DNA of 64,000 nucleotides from Gemmatimonadota bacterium (GTDB lineage Bacteria; Gemmatimonadota; Gemmatimonadetes; Palauibacterales; Palauibacteraceae): NCBI GenBank assembly GCA_039589195.1, contig JBDHHV010000038.1, positions 13,288 to 77,287 of the forward strand, read 5' to 3'. Shown piece by piece: positions 55,067 to 64,000 of this stretch (position 1 is its first letter; each line of letters starts with the position of its first letter). The notes under the pieces were generated by a model. It saw only the letters and a program-made list of their open reading frames with translations, ran no database searches and was not told where the DNA came from. The position numbers and the translations under genes were made by a program.

Positions 55067-57520
55067 ATGAGTCTCGCTCGCGCCGTTTCCCGGATCCTTC
55101 CCGTCACCGTGCTGACCCTCCCACTCGTCCACTGTTCGGGCGCACCGTCGGACTCTCCCGTGCGCACGGTCGAAATGCCGCTCAAGCTCCAAGAGCACCT
55201 CGATGCCGCAACGGTCGTGGGCTCCGAAGTGCCTGCGGACCGGCCGCAGCCCGTCGAGTGGCGCTTTGACGAGTCCCAGCCAGAGTGGACTCCGTACACC
55301 AATCCAGGCTCGCACCCGTTGGCGCCGATGCAGCCCCCCGAAGTGACCTGGGAAGCGAGTGCGCTGCGACTGAGCGTGGACGAGCGGAGCCGAACGCTGG
55401 ATGGCGAGGCGCTCGCCGGAATCCTGACGACAGGGGTCCCCGGTTGGAGGATCGTGGATTGGCCGACAGTCATCGTCCGGGCCAGGACGACCGACCCGTC
55501 TCAATCGCTTTACCTGATCGGTGGCTTCGGACCTCAGCTGGAACTCCTCGGCCGGGTACCCCTCCACGGAGACGGACAGGTCCAGACTTACCGCCTCGAG
55601 TATCCGGTGACAGAGGATCAGATCCCGCCTCTGGAGAGGATTGGGCTGGCTCTGGTGAGTCAGCGTCCGGGCTCGGTGGACATCCTTTCCGTAAGCGCCA
55701 AGCCGGCCCAGGCCGAGTTCCACGAGGCGAAGGCCGACGTGCGGAGCGTGGCCAAGGCCGACGAGATGCGGGAGGCGCTCTACGTTCACGCCCCGGCGCG
55801 CGTGACATTTCCGCTTCGCTTTACCGGCGAGGCCGACTTTGCCGCTGGTATCGGGTCGGTGCGGGCGGGCGACACGCTGCGCTTCCGCGTTTCCCTGGAG
55901 ATCGTGGGGGAGGAACTCCGGGTGCTTGCGGAGAAAACCGTCAGCGATCCGGCCCATTGGGTGGAGGTCTCGGCCCCGATTGAGGGAGTCGCACGGACGA
56001 CGGCCTCCCTGGTGCTGGAGACGGACGCGAGCCGTCCGGGGGCGGTGGGGCTCTGGGGAGCCCCGACGGTGAGTGAACGGAGGGACGCACCCGCGCCCGA
56101 TGTGATCTTCTACGTCATCGACGGTGCCGGGGCGGACTGGATGAGCCTGTACGGCTACAACCGGCGGACCACCCCCTTTCTCGAGCGTCTCGCCGGGGAG
56201 GCCGTAGTGTTCGAGAATGCGTACAGCAACGCCACGTTTACGCCGACGTCCACGTCCTCCTACATGACCTCTCTGCTGTATAGCGCGATCGACCGCTACC
56301 GCTCGTTATCGGACAAGATCCCGGACGGCGTGACTACAATGGCCGAGCACTTCGGTAGAGTCGGCTACCAGACCGGTGTGTTCGTCTCGAACCCCAACGC
56401 CGCGACAGCGTCGGGCCTGGAGCGAGGAGTGGACCTGGTCCGTGTGCTGGATCCGCCCGTGCCCGCCGTTTCCTCCGAGCACCTGCACCGCGCCTTCTGG
56501 GATTGGAGAGACGCATATCCCGGTACCCCCTACTGGGCGCACTTCCAGACGACGGATGTGCACGAGCCCTTCCGGCCGATGGCTCCGTTCTCAGGGCTCT
56601 TCATCACGCCGGAGCTGCGGACCCGGTACATCGAGTGGGACGAGGCGGCACAGTCAGACGAGATAGATCTCGGCGACACCGCTTGGTGGACGCGGCACGC
56701 CCTTGCGCAGCAGGCCCTGTACGATGAGGGGATGGCCCACCAGGATCACCACCTGGAGCGGTTCGTGGAGCGGCTGAAGTCAGAGGGCCGGTGGGAGAAC
56801 ACGATCCTCGTGATCGCGTCCGATCACGGGTATCCCGCCGGGAGTCACCGGAGGATGCCCGGTCATCCGAACGACGCGCCCCACATCCACCCGTTCACCA
56901 CGCGCATCCCGCTGATGTTCCTTTGGCCTGGCCACATCGAGGGCGGGCGGAGGATCCGCACGCCCGTGTCGATGATCGACGTGCTCCCGACGCTGCTTGA
57001 CCTGACCGGACTTCCCCAGCCCGAGGTAGGACAGGGCCAGTCGCTCGCGCCTCTGCTGTTCGGGCAGGTCACGGAGGAAGAGTGGGAATCACAGCCCGTA
57101 TTCGTGGACGCCCTCGCGATCGATCTGGTCTCCGGGGAGCTGGTGGGAAACATCGAGGTGATCGACGGCCGCTGGGGTGCCTCGCTGTGCCTGCGGCCCG
57201 ACGACCCCGAGGCAGAAGTCCGGGGAGCGCGGATCCAGGACGGGTTGACGAGATGCACGGAGGCATTCCCCGGGTGGGAGCGGGAAAGCCGGACCCCGCC
57301 GCGCGAGCGCCTGCTGGTCTACGATCTCTGGGACGGCCCACTGCTGGAGCGTCCGATCAACGAGGAGCGACCGGATCTGGTGGGACGGTACACTGCGCTC
57401 CTCGAGACACAGGTCGAGGTCAACGCGGCGCTGCGGGAGATCATTTCGGGCGGAGGTCAGTCCGTGGAGCTGCGGCCCGAGCAACTCGAACAACTGCGGA
57501 GACTGGGATACATCCGGTAA
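55067..57520 (+). CDS. Lipoprotein paralog 1: novel ~330-aa N-domain + sulfatase-fold (alkaline-phosphatase superfamily) domain without the FGly motif
   Basis: Signal LTLPLVHCSG. Sulfatase-fold motifs VIFYVIDGAGADWMSLYGYNRRTTPFLERLAGEAVVFENAYSNA, VIASDHGYPAG and LMFLWPGHIEGGRRIRTPVSMIDVLPTLLDLTGLP. The FGly nucleophile region reads FTPTSTSSYMTSL (Thr in place of Cys/Ser; no C-x-P-x-R). Confidence 0.8.
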   Translation: MSLARAVSRILPVTVLTLPLVHCSGAPSDSPVRTVEMPLKLQEHLDAATVVGSEVPADRPQPVEWRFDESQPEWTPYTNPGSHPLAPMQPPEVTWEASALRLSVDERSRTLDGEALAGILTTGVPGWRIVDWPTVIVRARTTDPSQSLYLIGGFGPQLELLGRVPLHGDGQVQTYRLEYPVTEDQIPPLERIGLALVSQRPGSVDILSVSAKPAQAEFHEAKADVRSVAKADEMREALYVHAPARVTFPLRFTGEADFAAGIGSVRAGDTLRFRVSLEIVGEELRVLAEKTVSDPAHWVEVSAPIEGVARTTASLVLETDASRPGAVGLWGAPTVSERRDAPAPDVIFYVIDGAGADWMSLYGYNRRTTPFLERLAGEAVVFENAYSNATFTPTSTSSYMTSLLYSAIDRYRSLSDKIPDGVTTMAEHFGRVGYQTGVFVSNPNAATASGLERGVDLVRVLDPPVPAVSSEHLHRAFWDWRDAYPGTPYWAHFQTTDVHEPFRPMAPFSGLFITPELRTRYIEWDEAAQSDEIDLGDTAWWTRHALAQQALYDEGMAHQDHHLERFVERLKSEGRWENTILVIASDHGYPAGSHRRMPGHPNDAPHIHPFTTRIPLMFLWPGHIEGGRRIRTPVSMIDVLPTLLDLTGLPQPEVGQGQSLAPLLFGQVTEEEWESQPVFVDALAIDLVSGELVGNIEVIDGRWGASLCLRPDDPEAEVRGARIQDGLTRCTEAFPGWERESRTPPRERLLVYDLWDGPLLERPINEERPDLVGRYTALLETQVEVNAALREIISGGGQSVELRPEQLEQLRRLGYIR

Positions 57521-57561
57521 TTCGGACCCTCACGGCGAACACTCGACACAGGGAGGCAATC

Positions 57562-59964
57562 ATGCGGTCCCCCACCAACGGATGGGATCGGCGCCTCATC
57601 CCCCGCGCGGGTGCTCTGTTCGCGCTGCTGGCAGCGGCCGGGTGCGGGAGCTCCGGCTCGGACGCTCCCGTCCTCACGGCCGACATGCCCCTCCACCTCG
57701 AGGAGCACGTGGACGCGGCGGTCATCGAGGGATCCGAGCTGCCCGCCGACGGTCCCGAGTCGGTCGTATGGCGCTTCGACGAGCCTCAGCCCGACTGGAG
57801 ATCGTTTTCCGTGGCCGAGTCGCGCAACCCGCGACAAGTGACCCGTACGGACGATGCGCTACGGGTCTATGTGACCGCCGCCGATCGCGTGGCTGGTGAA
57901 GAAGACTGGGTGGGCGCAGGCATCCACACCGATTCTCCGGGCCTCCTGATTCTGGAACCGACCCACCTGCTGGTCCGCGCCCGCACCGAGAGCGCCGGCC
58001 GACTGACGGTGGTCACCGACGACCTCCAGGGGTCTCGCCCGCGTAGTTACTACGGACTGTTTCAACGCTGGGGCGGGGACAGCCCGATGATCGCGGATGG
58101 GTCGGTGCAGAGCTACCTGCTGCCCCTATGGGGGGAGTGGAGCTCCCCATCGTCAGGGGACGAATGTTGCCGGGTCGGTGTTATAGCCGAGACGTACGAG
58201 CCAGGCAGTGTGGACATCCTTTCGGTGACAGTCGTCTCGAGAGCAGCAGCCTTCGCGGGTGATCCACTTGGCGTGATGACCGTTGCCGCTGGGAGCCACG
58301 AACATCGGCGCACGCTGTTCACTCACACGCCCGGGCGGGTTGCCTTCACCGTGCGTGTTCCCCGTGGCGGTCGGCTCGACGTGGGCCTCGCGGTGGTTCA
58401 GGACGAAGCACCGGTGGACTTCAGCGTCACGGTGACCGGCAACAGTCAACAGGAAGAGGCGAACTTACTCGAGGAGACCCTGGCCGACAGATCGAATTGG
58501 GCTCAGCGCACGGTTGACCTTTCCGATTTCGAGGGTCAGACGGTGACGCTCGCGTTGCAGGCGGACGCCGAGACCCCAGGCACCGTAGCTCTCTGGGCTG
58601 CACCTACCCTCAGTGGCTCACCTGACGCTGGCCGACCCAACGTCGTGTTCTACATCATCGACGGAGGTTCGGCGGAGCTCATGAGTGTCTACGGATACAA
58701 CCGCCGCACAACGCCCAACATCGAGCGCCTGGCGGCCGAGGGGGCGGTGTTCGAGCAGGCCTACAGCAACGCCACACATACGAGGGTTTCCACGCACATG
58801 CACCGTGGAGGTTATCAGACAGCAGTCTTCACTGCGAATTCGTACGCGGGCAGAATGAGCAGCCTGGATCGAGGCGTCGACGCCTTGTGGGACGAGGCCT
58901 GGCCCGAGATGAACTATTCCGCTTCGTCGGCGTGGATGCATCGGAGCTTCTGGGAGTGGCGGGAGGAGTACCCTGCCCAGCCCTACTGGGTGCATTTCCA
59001 GACAGTCGATCCGCACCGGCCGTGGGACCCGGTGGCGCCGTTCACCGGCCTTTTCGGCAGAGCCGACGCACAACGGCGCCTCGCTGACTGGGACTCCCGA
59101 TTGGAAGAGCAAGGTTGGCCACTTAGGGGATCGGTCCGGACGAAGGTGCCGCTGCCCCGGCTCAAGGAGTTGTTCGAGAGAGCGGGCGTCGATCTCATGG
59201 AGTACGTCAGCGCGAAACAGGCCCTCTACGATGAGGGGATGGCACACAACGATTACCAGATCGGCCGGCTCGTCAACCGGATCAAGGCGGCTGGCGAATG
59301 GGACAATACGATCTTCATCATCGCCGCCGATCACGCCCATGCCAACGCGGGCGTCTATCCTAACTTGACCTCAATGGAGACAGCTCTCTACACGTACGAG
59401 CAGGCCATATTCAGCCCGTGGAGATCCCACATCCCGATGATCGTGGTCTGGCCGGCACGGATCGCTGCCGGCCAGCGCTTCAGCCAGCCGGTATCGATGA
59501 TCGACATGCTCCCTACGATCGTCGACCTCGCCGGGCTACCCGCGCCCGAGATCACGCAGGGTCAGTCGCTCGCGCCGTTGCTGCTGCGGCAGGAAGGTTG
59601 GGAGCCGCGCCCGGTCATCTTCGATGAGTTCTACACCTCCTTCGACACGGACACGCTCCGCGGCCGCATCGGTGTGGTCGACGGGCGCTGGGGCGCGTCA
59701 CTCCTGGTCAACCAGGATCCCTCTCCACCGGAGGAGAACGGCCGAGCCGCTCCACTGCTGCTTTTCGATCTGTGGAACGATCCGAAGCTCTCTCACAGCC
59801 TACACGAGGAGCGGCCCGACCTCGTGGAACACTACACCGAGTTCCTCGAGGCTCAATGGGCGGCGCACCGGGCCCTGGCGCAGCGATTCACCCGCTCTGG
59901 AGAGGGGGCGGCGTTGACGCCGGAGCAGCTGCGCACGCTTCGCGCGTTGGGATACATCCGGTGA
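57562..59964 (+). CDS. Lipoprotein paralog 2 (same architecture; about 30-aa deletion in the nucleophile region)
   Basis: Lipobox LLAAAGCG. RBS GGGAGG. Core motifs are conserved, but THTRVSTHMHRGGYQTAV lacks the segment present in paralogs 1 and 3. Confidence 0.8.
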   Translation: MRSPTNGWDRRLIPRAGALFALLAAAGCGSSGSDAPVLTADMPLHLEEHVDAAVIEGSELPADGPESVVWRFDEPQPDWRSFSVAESRNPRQVTRTDDALRVYVTAADRVAGEEDWVGAGIHTDSPGLLILEPTHLLVRARTESAGRLTVVTDDLQGSRPRSYYGLFQRWGGDSPMIADGSVQSYLLPLWGEWSSPSSGDECCRVGVIAETYEPGSVDILSVTVVSRAAAFAGDPLGVMTVAAGSHEHRRTLFTHTPGRVAFTVRVPRGGRLDVGLAVVQDEAPVDFSVTVTGNSQQEEANLLEETLADRSNWAQRTVDLSDFEGQTVTLALQADAETPGTVALWAAPTLSGSPDAGRPNVVFYIIDGGSAELMSVYGYNRRTTPNIERLAAEGAVFEQAYSNATHTRVSTHMHRGGYQTAVFTANSYAGRMSSLDRGVDALWDEAWPEMNYSASSAWMHRSFWEWREEYPAQPYWVHFQTVDPHRPWDPVAPFTGLFGRADAQRRLADWDSRLEEQGWPLRGSVRTKVPLPRLKELFERAGVDLMEYVSAKQALYDEGMAHNDYQIGRLVNRIKAAGEWDNTIFIIAADHAHANAGVYPNLTSMETALYTYEQAIFSPWRSHIPMIVVWPARIAAGQRFSQPVSMIDMLPTIVDLAGLPAPEITQGQSLAPLLLRQEGWEPRPVIFDEFYTSFDTDTLRGRIGVVDGRWGASLLVNQDPSPPEENGRAAPLLLFDLWNDPKLSHSLHEERPDLVEHYTEFLEAQWAAHRALAQRFTRSGEGAALTPEQLRTLRALGYIR

Positions 59965-60119
59965 GTTGGACCACCATCCCGAACACTCCGCGTAGCGTCC
60001 CTCACCCGACACCGGTGGTCTGACAACCGCAGGGTGTGGCCCCGCCCAGCCCAGTATCGTATTCTGGCCCCAAGATTGGGGCATCTCGTCCCAAGGCCGT
60101 TCCCATGCCGACCTCCGGA

Positions 60120-60148
60120 GCAGCTCAAGACGTTGAGACGCTGCTTTT
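60120..60148 (+). terminator. Terminator/attenuator-like hairpin + T-tract between paralogs 2 and 3
   Basis: gcagctcaa-gacg-ttgagacgctgc is an imperfect stem. It is followed by TTTT, ending about 28 nt upstream of ATG 60176. Confidence 0.35.
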
Positions 60149-60175
60149 CATACCTAATACGAGGGGAGTAAGGCC

Positions 60176-62644
60176 ATGCTGCTGGCCGCACCTGGAAGGA
60201 TCCGTCAGACCTGCCCGTTGCTCGCCCTGGCGCTGGCTCTGGGATCTACGGGTTGCGATCGCGATTTGGCCCCCCTGACAGCCGACCGACCGTTGCACCT
60301 AGAGGAGCACCTGGACGCTGCCACCGTGGTGGGCTCCGAGCTGCCGTCTGAGGTGCCGCAGCCGATTGAGTGGCGGTTCGACGAGCCGCAGCCGGATTGG
60401 CAACCGGCCCCATCCTGGAACCCCACGATCGACTCGCCGACGCTCACCTACACGGACGACGCGCTCCGGGTCACGCTGACCGAGGGCACGAGAAACCCGA
60501 ACGGCGTCCCGCGCGGCGGGATACAGCTGGAGGTTCCCGAGTGGAGTCGCGAGGACTGGGCTTTTCTCATGATCCGCGCTCGAACGACTGAGGAGGTCTT
60601 TGGAATCTCGATCAACTTCAACCGTCGCGAGGGCTCGGGGACATCGGAGGACTTTCCCTCGCCGTGGCAGCACACGGGCGATTTCGTGCCCGTGATCGAT
60701 GACGGTACGGTTCAGACCTACATGCTGCGGGCCGATTGGTCGCGGCAAGTGTGGGAGGATGACTGGCGGCATCTCGGGCTGTGGCTCGGTTCCGAGGATC
60801 CGGCCAGCATCGAAATCCTGTCGATCACCCTGATCCCCAAGGAAGCCAACTACGCCGAGGCCGGGATTGGGGCGGGCGAGGAAGTCCGGAACCGCGTGTA
60901 CCGCCGCTCGATCTACACGCACACACCCGGACGGCTGGAATACCGCGTCCGGGTGCCCGAAGCCGGCCGGCTCGACCTGGGTCTCGGCGTGTTGCGGGAC
61001 GACGCCCCGGTGACGTTCCAGGTCGAAGCGCGACAGGGCGACAGGACGTATTCCCTGTTCGAGGAGACCTACGCGGCGAAGGAGACCTGGGGGCAGCGAT
61101 CGGTGGATCTGTCGTCCCTGGCCGGCGAGACCGTGACGCTGGCACTCGAGGCCGAGTCGGAGCGCGAGGGCACCGTGGCGCTGTGGGGGGCGCCGACTCT
61201 GACCGGGGCGGGCGTCCCCAGAATGCCCAACGTCATCTTCTACGTGATCGATGGCGGCGCGGCGGACTTCATGAGCGTGTACGGCTACAACCGCCGCACC
61301 ACCCCGAACATCGAGCGTCTCGCGGCCGAGGGCGCGGTGTTCGAGCACGCGTACTCCAACGCCTCCTGGACGAGGCCCTCGACGGCGTCCTTCATGACGT
61401 CGCTCCAGAACAGCGTGATGGGCGGCTTCCTCAACTGGAACGATCCGGTGCCGGAGGAAGCGACAACGATGGCCGAGCACATGCACCGCGCCGGGTACCA
61501 GACCGCCGTGTTCACCGCGAATCCCAACGCCGGCAGCCTGAGCAACCTGAAGCGCGGGGTGGATCAGTTCCGAGAGAACTGGGACGATTTCAGCTACACG
61601 GGCGACAATCATCGGGAGTCTTCCCGCTTCCTGCACGAGGGCTACTGGAGCTGGCGCGAGGCCTATCCGGCGGAGCCGTACTGGGCGCACTTCCAGACGA
61701 CCGACGTGCACGAGGACTTCCCGGCGGTGTCGCCCTTCGCGGGCCTGTTCGTGGGACCGGCCGAGCGCGACACGTGGCGAGGGTGGAACGAGCGGCTCAG
61801 CGAGGTCGGCGGCCACGGCGCCTACTCCGGGGCGTACGACTCGACCGGCATCAGCCGCACCGCGTTCTTCTCGCTTCATCAGGGCATGTACGATGAGACG
61901 ATGGCCCACAACGATTACCAGCTGGGGCGCCTGGTAGATCGACTCAAGGCCGAAGGGGAGTGGGAGAACACGCTGCTGATCATCGGCGCCGACCACAGCA
62001 CGGACGCTGCCATGGACGACATGGGAGCCGCGCTCGCCGATTCGCTCCCGCCGCGCTGGAGCTACCCGCTGTTTCGGCCCTCGGTCAGCCGGGTGCCACT
62101 GATCTTCGTGTGGCCTGGGCACATCGAGGGCGGCCAGCGGTTGAGCCAGCAAGTCTCCATGATCGACGTGCTGCCAACCATTCTCGACCTTCTGGACCTG
62201 CCCATGCCCGAGATCATGATGGGCCAATCCCTCGCGCCGCTATTGCTGGGAACAGACGGCTGGGAGTCGCGGCCGGTGATCCTGGACGAATTCACCGTCG
62301 ACCGGGAGACCAACGAGCTCCGCGGCGTGATCGAGGTCGTCGATGGCCGCTGGGGCGCATCGCTCGAGATCAACCCGCGGCCGCCGGACGAGGATCTGAC
62401 GGAGGAAGAGGTTGCGGAACGGCGACGCCCCGCCCCACTGCTGCTCTACGATCTGTGGAGCGATCACTGGTGCCTGTGGAGCGTGCACGAGGAGTACCCC
62501 GAGCTCGTAGAGAAGTACACGAAGTTCCTCGAAGAACAGTGGGAGGCGCACCAGGCGCTGGCGCAGTACTTCACCCGGTCGAGAGACGTGGTGCTCACGC
62601 CGGAACAATTACAGACGCTGCGGGCGCTCGGCTACATCAACTGA
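60176..62644 (+). CDS. Lipoprotein paralog 3 (same architecture)
   Basis: Lipobox LGSTGC. RBS GAGGGGAG. The nucleophile region is SWTRPSTASFMTSL. Sulfatase-fold C-terminal motifs LIFVWPGHIEGGQRLSQQVSMIDVLPTILDLLDLP. Confidence 0.8.
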   Translation: MLLAAPGRIRQTCPLLALALALGSTGCDRDLAPLTADRPLHLEEHLDAATVVGSELPSEVPQPIEWRFDEPQPDWQPAPSWNPTIDSPTLTYTDDALRVTLTEGTRNPNGVPRGGIQLEVPEWSREDWAFLMIRARTTEEVFGISINFNRREGSGTSEDFPSPWQHTGDFVPVIDDGTVQTYMLRADWSRQVWEDDWRHLGLWLGSEDPASIEILSITLIPKEANYAEAGIGAGEEVRNRVYRRSIYTHTPGRLEYRVRVPEAGRLDLGLGVLRDDAPVTFQVEARQGDRTYSLFEETYAAKETWGQRSVDLSSLAGETVTLALEAESEREGTVALWGAPTLTGAGVPRMPNVIFYVIDGGAADFMSVYGYNRRTTPNIERLAAEGAVFEHAYSNASWTRPSTASFMTSLQNSVMGGFLNWNDPVPEEATTMAEHMHRAGYQTAVFTANPNAGSLSNLKRGVDQFRENWDDFSYTGDNHRESSRFLHEGYWSWREAYPAEPYWAHFQTTDVHEDFPAVSPFAGLFVGPAERDTWRGWNERLSEVGGHGAYSGAYDSTGISRTAFFSLHQGMYDETMAHNDYQLGRLVDRLKAEGEWENTLLIIGADHSTDAAMDDMGAALADSLPPRWSYPLFRPSVSRVPLIFVWPGHIEGGQRLSQQVSMIDVLPTILDLLDLPMPEIMMGQSLAPLLLGTDGWESRPVILDEFTVDRETNELRGVIEVVDGRWGASLEINPRPPDEDLTEEEVAERRRPAPLLLYDLWSDHWCLWSVHEEYPELVEKYTKFLEEQWEAHQALAQYFTRSRDVVLTPEQLQTLRALGYIN

Positions 62645-62806
62645 AGGAAGGTCTCGACCTCCTCGAATCGGTGGGGTAGCTTCTCGGTGAATCAGCTCGA
62701 CCACTCGGGTCTTCGCGCGAGCTGACGCCCCTCGCCCGAGGTGGTGCCAAACGGCTCGCATACCCGAGTCGGAGCCGGAGTCGCTGTATCCGTAGGAGGC
62801 ACCGCG

Positions 62807-64000
62807 ATGAGCCTCGCTCGCGTCGTTATCCGGGTCGTTCCCGCCGCTCTGCTGTGGCTGTCGCTCCTCGACTGCTCGGGCGCACCCTCTGACTCACTCG
62901 TCCTGACCGCCGAGGCACCGCTCCATCTCGAGGACCATCTCGAGGCAGCGGTACTCGAAGGCTCGGATGTGCCGGAGGACCTTCCCGAACCGGTCACGTG
63001 GAGCTTCGATGAGGCACAGCCCGAGTGGCTCCCGGTACCGCTCCTGGACCCGGACATGGCTCCTGTAAGTCTGTCGCGCACCGATGATGCCCTCCGCCTG
63101 GCGCTGGGGGACGCCGACGTTACCGACGACGATAACGACGCCTCGGTCGGCGCCATCTACATCGACCTCCCGGACTGGCAGCGAGATGACTGGGCCCACA
63201 TTCAGGTGCGGGCGCGATCGACCGCCGATGTGGATTGGATGACCGTCCTCCTCGCGTTCAACCTGCGAGACGAATCCGAGATGGAGGATGACGACGACCC
63301 CCCGGTGGAGTTCTTCGGCGAATCGGCCACGTTGATCCGCGACGGATCCGTCCAGACCTACAACTTGCGCGCGGACTGGTCCGGCGGGCGGTGGGAGGGA
63401 CCTTGGGAGCAGCTCGTGATCGCGTTCTGGGCCGAGGAGCCGGTCAGCGTCGATCTTTTGTCGGTCACGGTGATCCCCAAAGAAGCCGGCTACGCCGGCG
63501 AGGCGGTGGGCGTGCGAGCGGAGGTCCGCGACCGCGTGTACCGGCGGTCGCTGTATACGCACACGCCGGCTCGGTTGGAGTATCGGGTGCAGGTCCCCGA
63601 GGCCGCTCGCCTCGACCTGGGACTCGGAGTGCTGAGAAGCGACGCTCCGGTCACCTTTCGGGTCACGGTGAGCCCTGATGGGGGCCAGCCGGAGCCCCTG
63701 CTCGAGGAGTCGTATGACGACAGGGAACACTGGACCCAGCACTCCGTGGACCTCTCGCACCTCGCGGGGCAGATGGTCGCCATGGCCCTCGAGTCGGAAT
63801 CGGAGAGGGAGGGAACGGTGGCGTTGTGGGCGGCGCCGACTCTGACCGGCGCCGCGAGAGCCGAGCGGCCGAACGTCATCTTCTACGTGATCGACGGCGG
63901 CGCGGCCGACTACATGAGCGTCTACGGATACAACCGCCGCACCACGCCGAACCTCGAGCGGCTGGCGGCCGAGGGCGCCGTGTTCGAGTGGGCGTACAGC
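62807..64000 (+). CDS. Lipoprotein paralog 4 (N-terminal 398 codons; runs off the window)
   Basis: RBS GGAGG. Signal LSLLDCSG. The N-domain is collinear with paralogs 1-3 but has an acidic insertion (SEMEDDDDPPVE). The sulfatase-fold domain begins PNVIFYVIDGGAADYMSVYGYNRRTTPNLERLAAEGAVFEWAYS. Confidence 0.75.
   Translation, partial: MSLARVVIRVVPAALLWLSLLDCSGAPSDSLVLTAEAPLHLEDHLEAAVLEGSDVPEDLPEPVTWSFDEAQPEWLPVPLLDPDMAPVSLSRTDDALRLALGDADVTDDDNDASVGAIYIDLPDWQRDDWAHIQVRARSTADVDWMTVLLAFNLRDESEMEDDDDPPVEFFGESATLIRDGSVQTYNLRADWSGGRWEGPWEQLVIAFWAEEPVSVDLLSVTVIPKEAGYAGEAVGVRAEVRDRVYRRSLYTHTPARLEYRVQVPEAARLDLGLGVLRSDAPVTFRVTVSPDGGQPEPLLEESYDDREHWTQHSVDLSHLAGQMVAMALESESEREGTVALWAAPTLTGAARAERPNVIFYVIDGGAADYMSVYGYNRRTTPNLERLAAEGAVFEWAYS

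Noticed and set aside
62645-62806. Inverted repeat cagctcg...cgagctg between paralogs 3 and 4, as a terminator
   Set aside because: The arms are short (7 bp) with an 18-nt loop and no T-tract, so stability is marginal.
1-64000. Mobile elements, integrases, CRISPR repeats, tRNA or rRNA genes
   Set aside because: No DDE/tyrosine recombinase motifs, no direct-repeat arrays with spacers, and no tRNA-like cloverleaf segments were seen. The only repeats are intragenic tandem repeats and the paralog array.

Overview
This is a high-GC, densely coding bacterial chromosomal segment of about 48 genes, with no rRNA, tRNA, CRISPR array, integrase or transposase recognisable by eye. A large share of the products carry Sec, lipoprotein or twin-arginine (TAT) signals. 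The order along the window is:
1. An alpha-glucan utilisation block at 1-6.5 kb: malQ 3' end, an MFS sugar symporter, a GH13 alpha-amylase lipoprotein and a CBM48-GH13 pullulanase-type debrancher.
2. A minus-strand operon, NmrA-like, GNAT, GT4 glycosyltransferase, MBL hydrolase, whose middle genes carry lesions (in-frame TGA, missing start), followed by a frameshifted TAT Gfo/Idh/MocA oxidoreductase with DoxX and ApbE.
3. A BBE-like FAD oxidase, an FG-GAP repeat protein, CBS-domain cystathionine beta-synthase and a membrane TolB_N/TPR sensor.
4. A TAT Ntn-hydrolase, an ECF sigma factor with a ZAS/YciI-fusion anti-sigma and a shared GTAACC-N17-GTC promoter-like motif, msrB, and a DUF4097 envelope module.
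5. A SARP-type wHTH-BTAD-TM-TolB_N-TPR regulator, an SRPBCC protein plus an orphan NuoB homolog, a TolB-like propeller, and a 2OG oxygenase coupled to a beta-lactamase-fold hydrolase.
6. A radical SAM enzyme with HpnH-like layout, translationally coupled to a PAP2 membrane phosphatase, next to a small secreted knottin-like 7-Cys peptide.
7. An S9 peptidase, a di-haem cytochrome c peroxidase, a cysteine synthase, a tricorn protease homolog, and a TAT alanine racemase coupled to a DUF5916 outer-membrane protein.
8. A tandem array of four paralogous ~800-aa lipoproteins (novel N-domain plus sulfatase-fold domain lacking the C-x-P-x-R formylglycine motif).
The large overlapping antisense ORFs in the six-frame track are interpreted as GC-composition artefacts. 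Coordinates not taken directly from the ORF track are accurate to about +/-2 nt.
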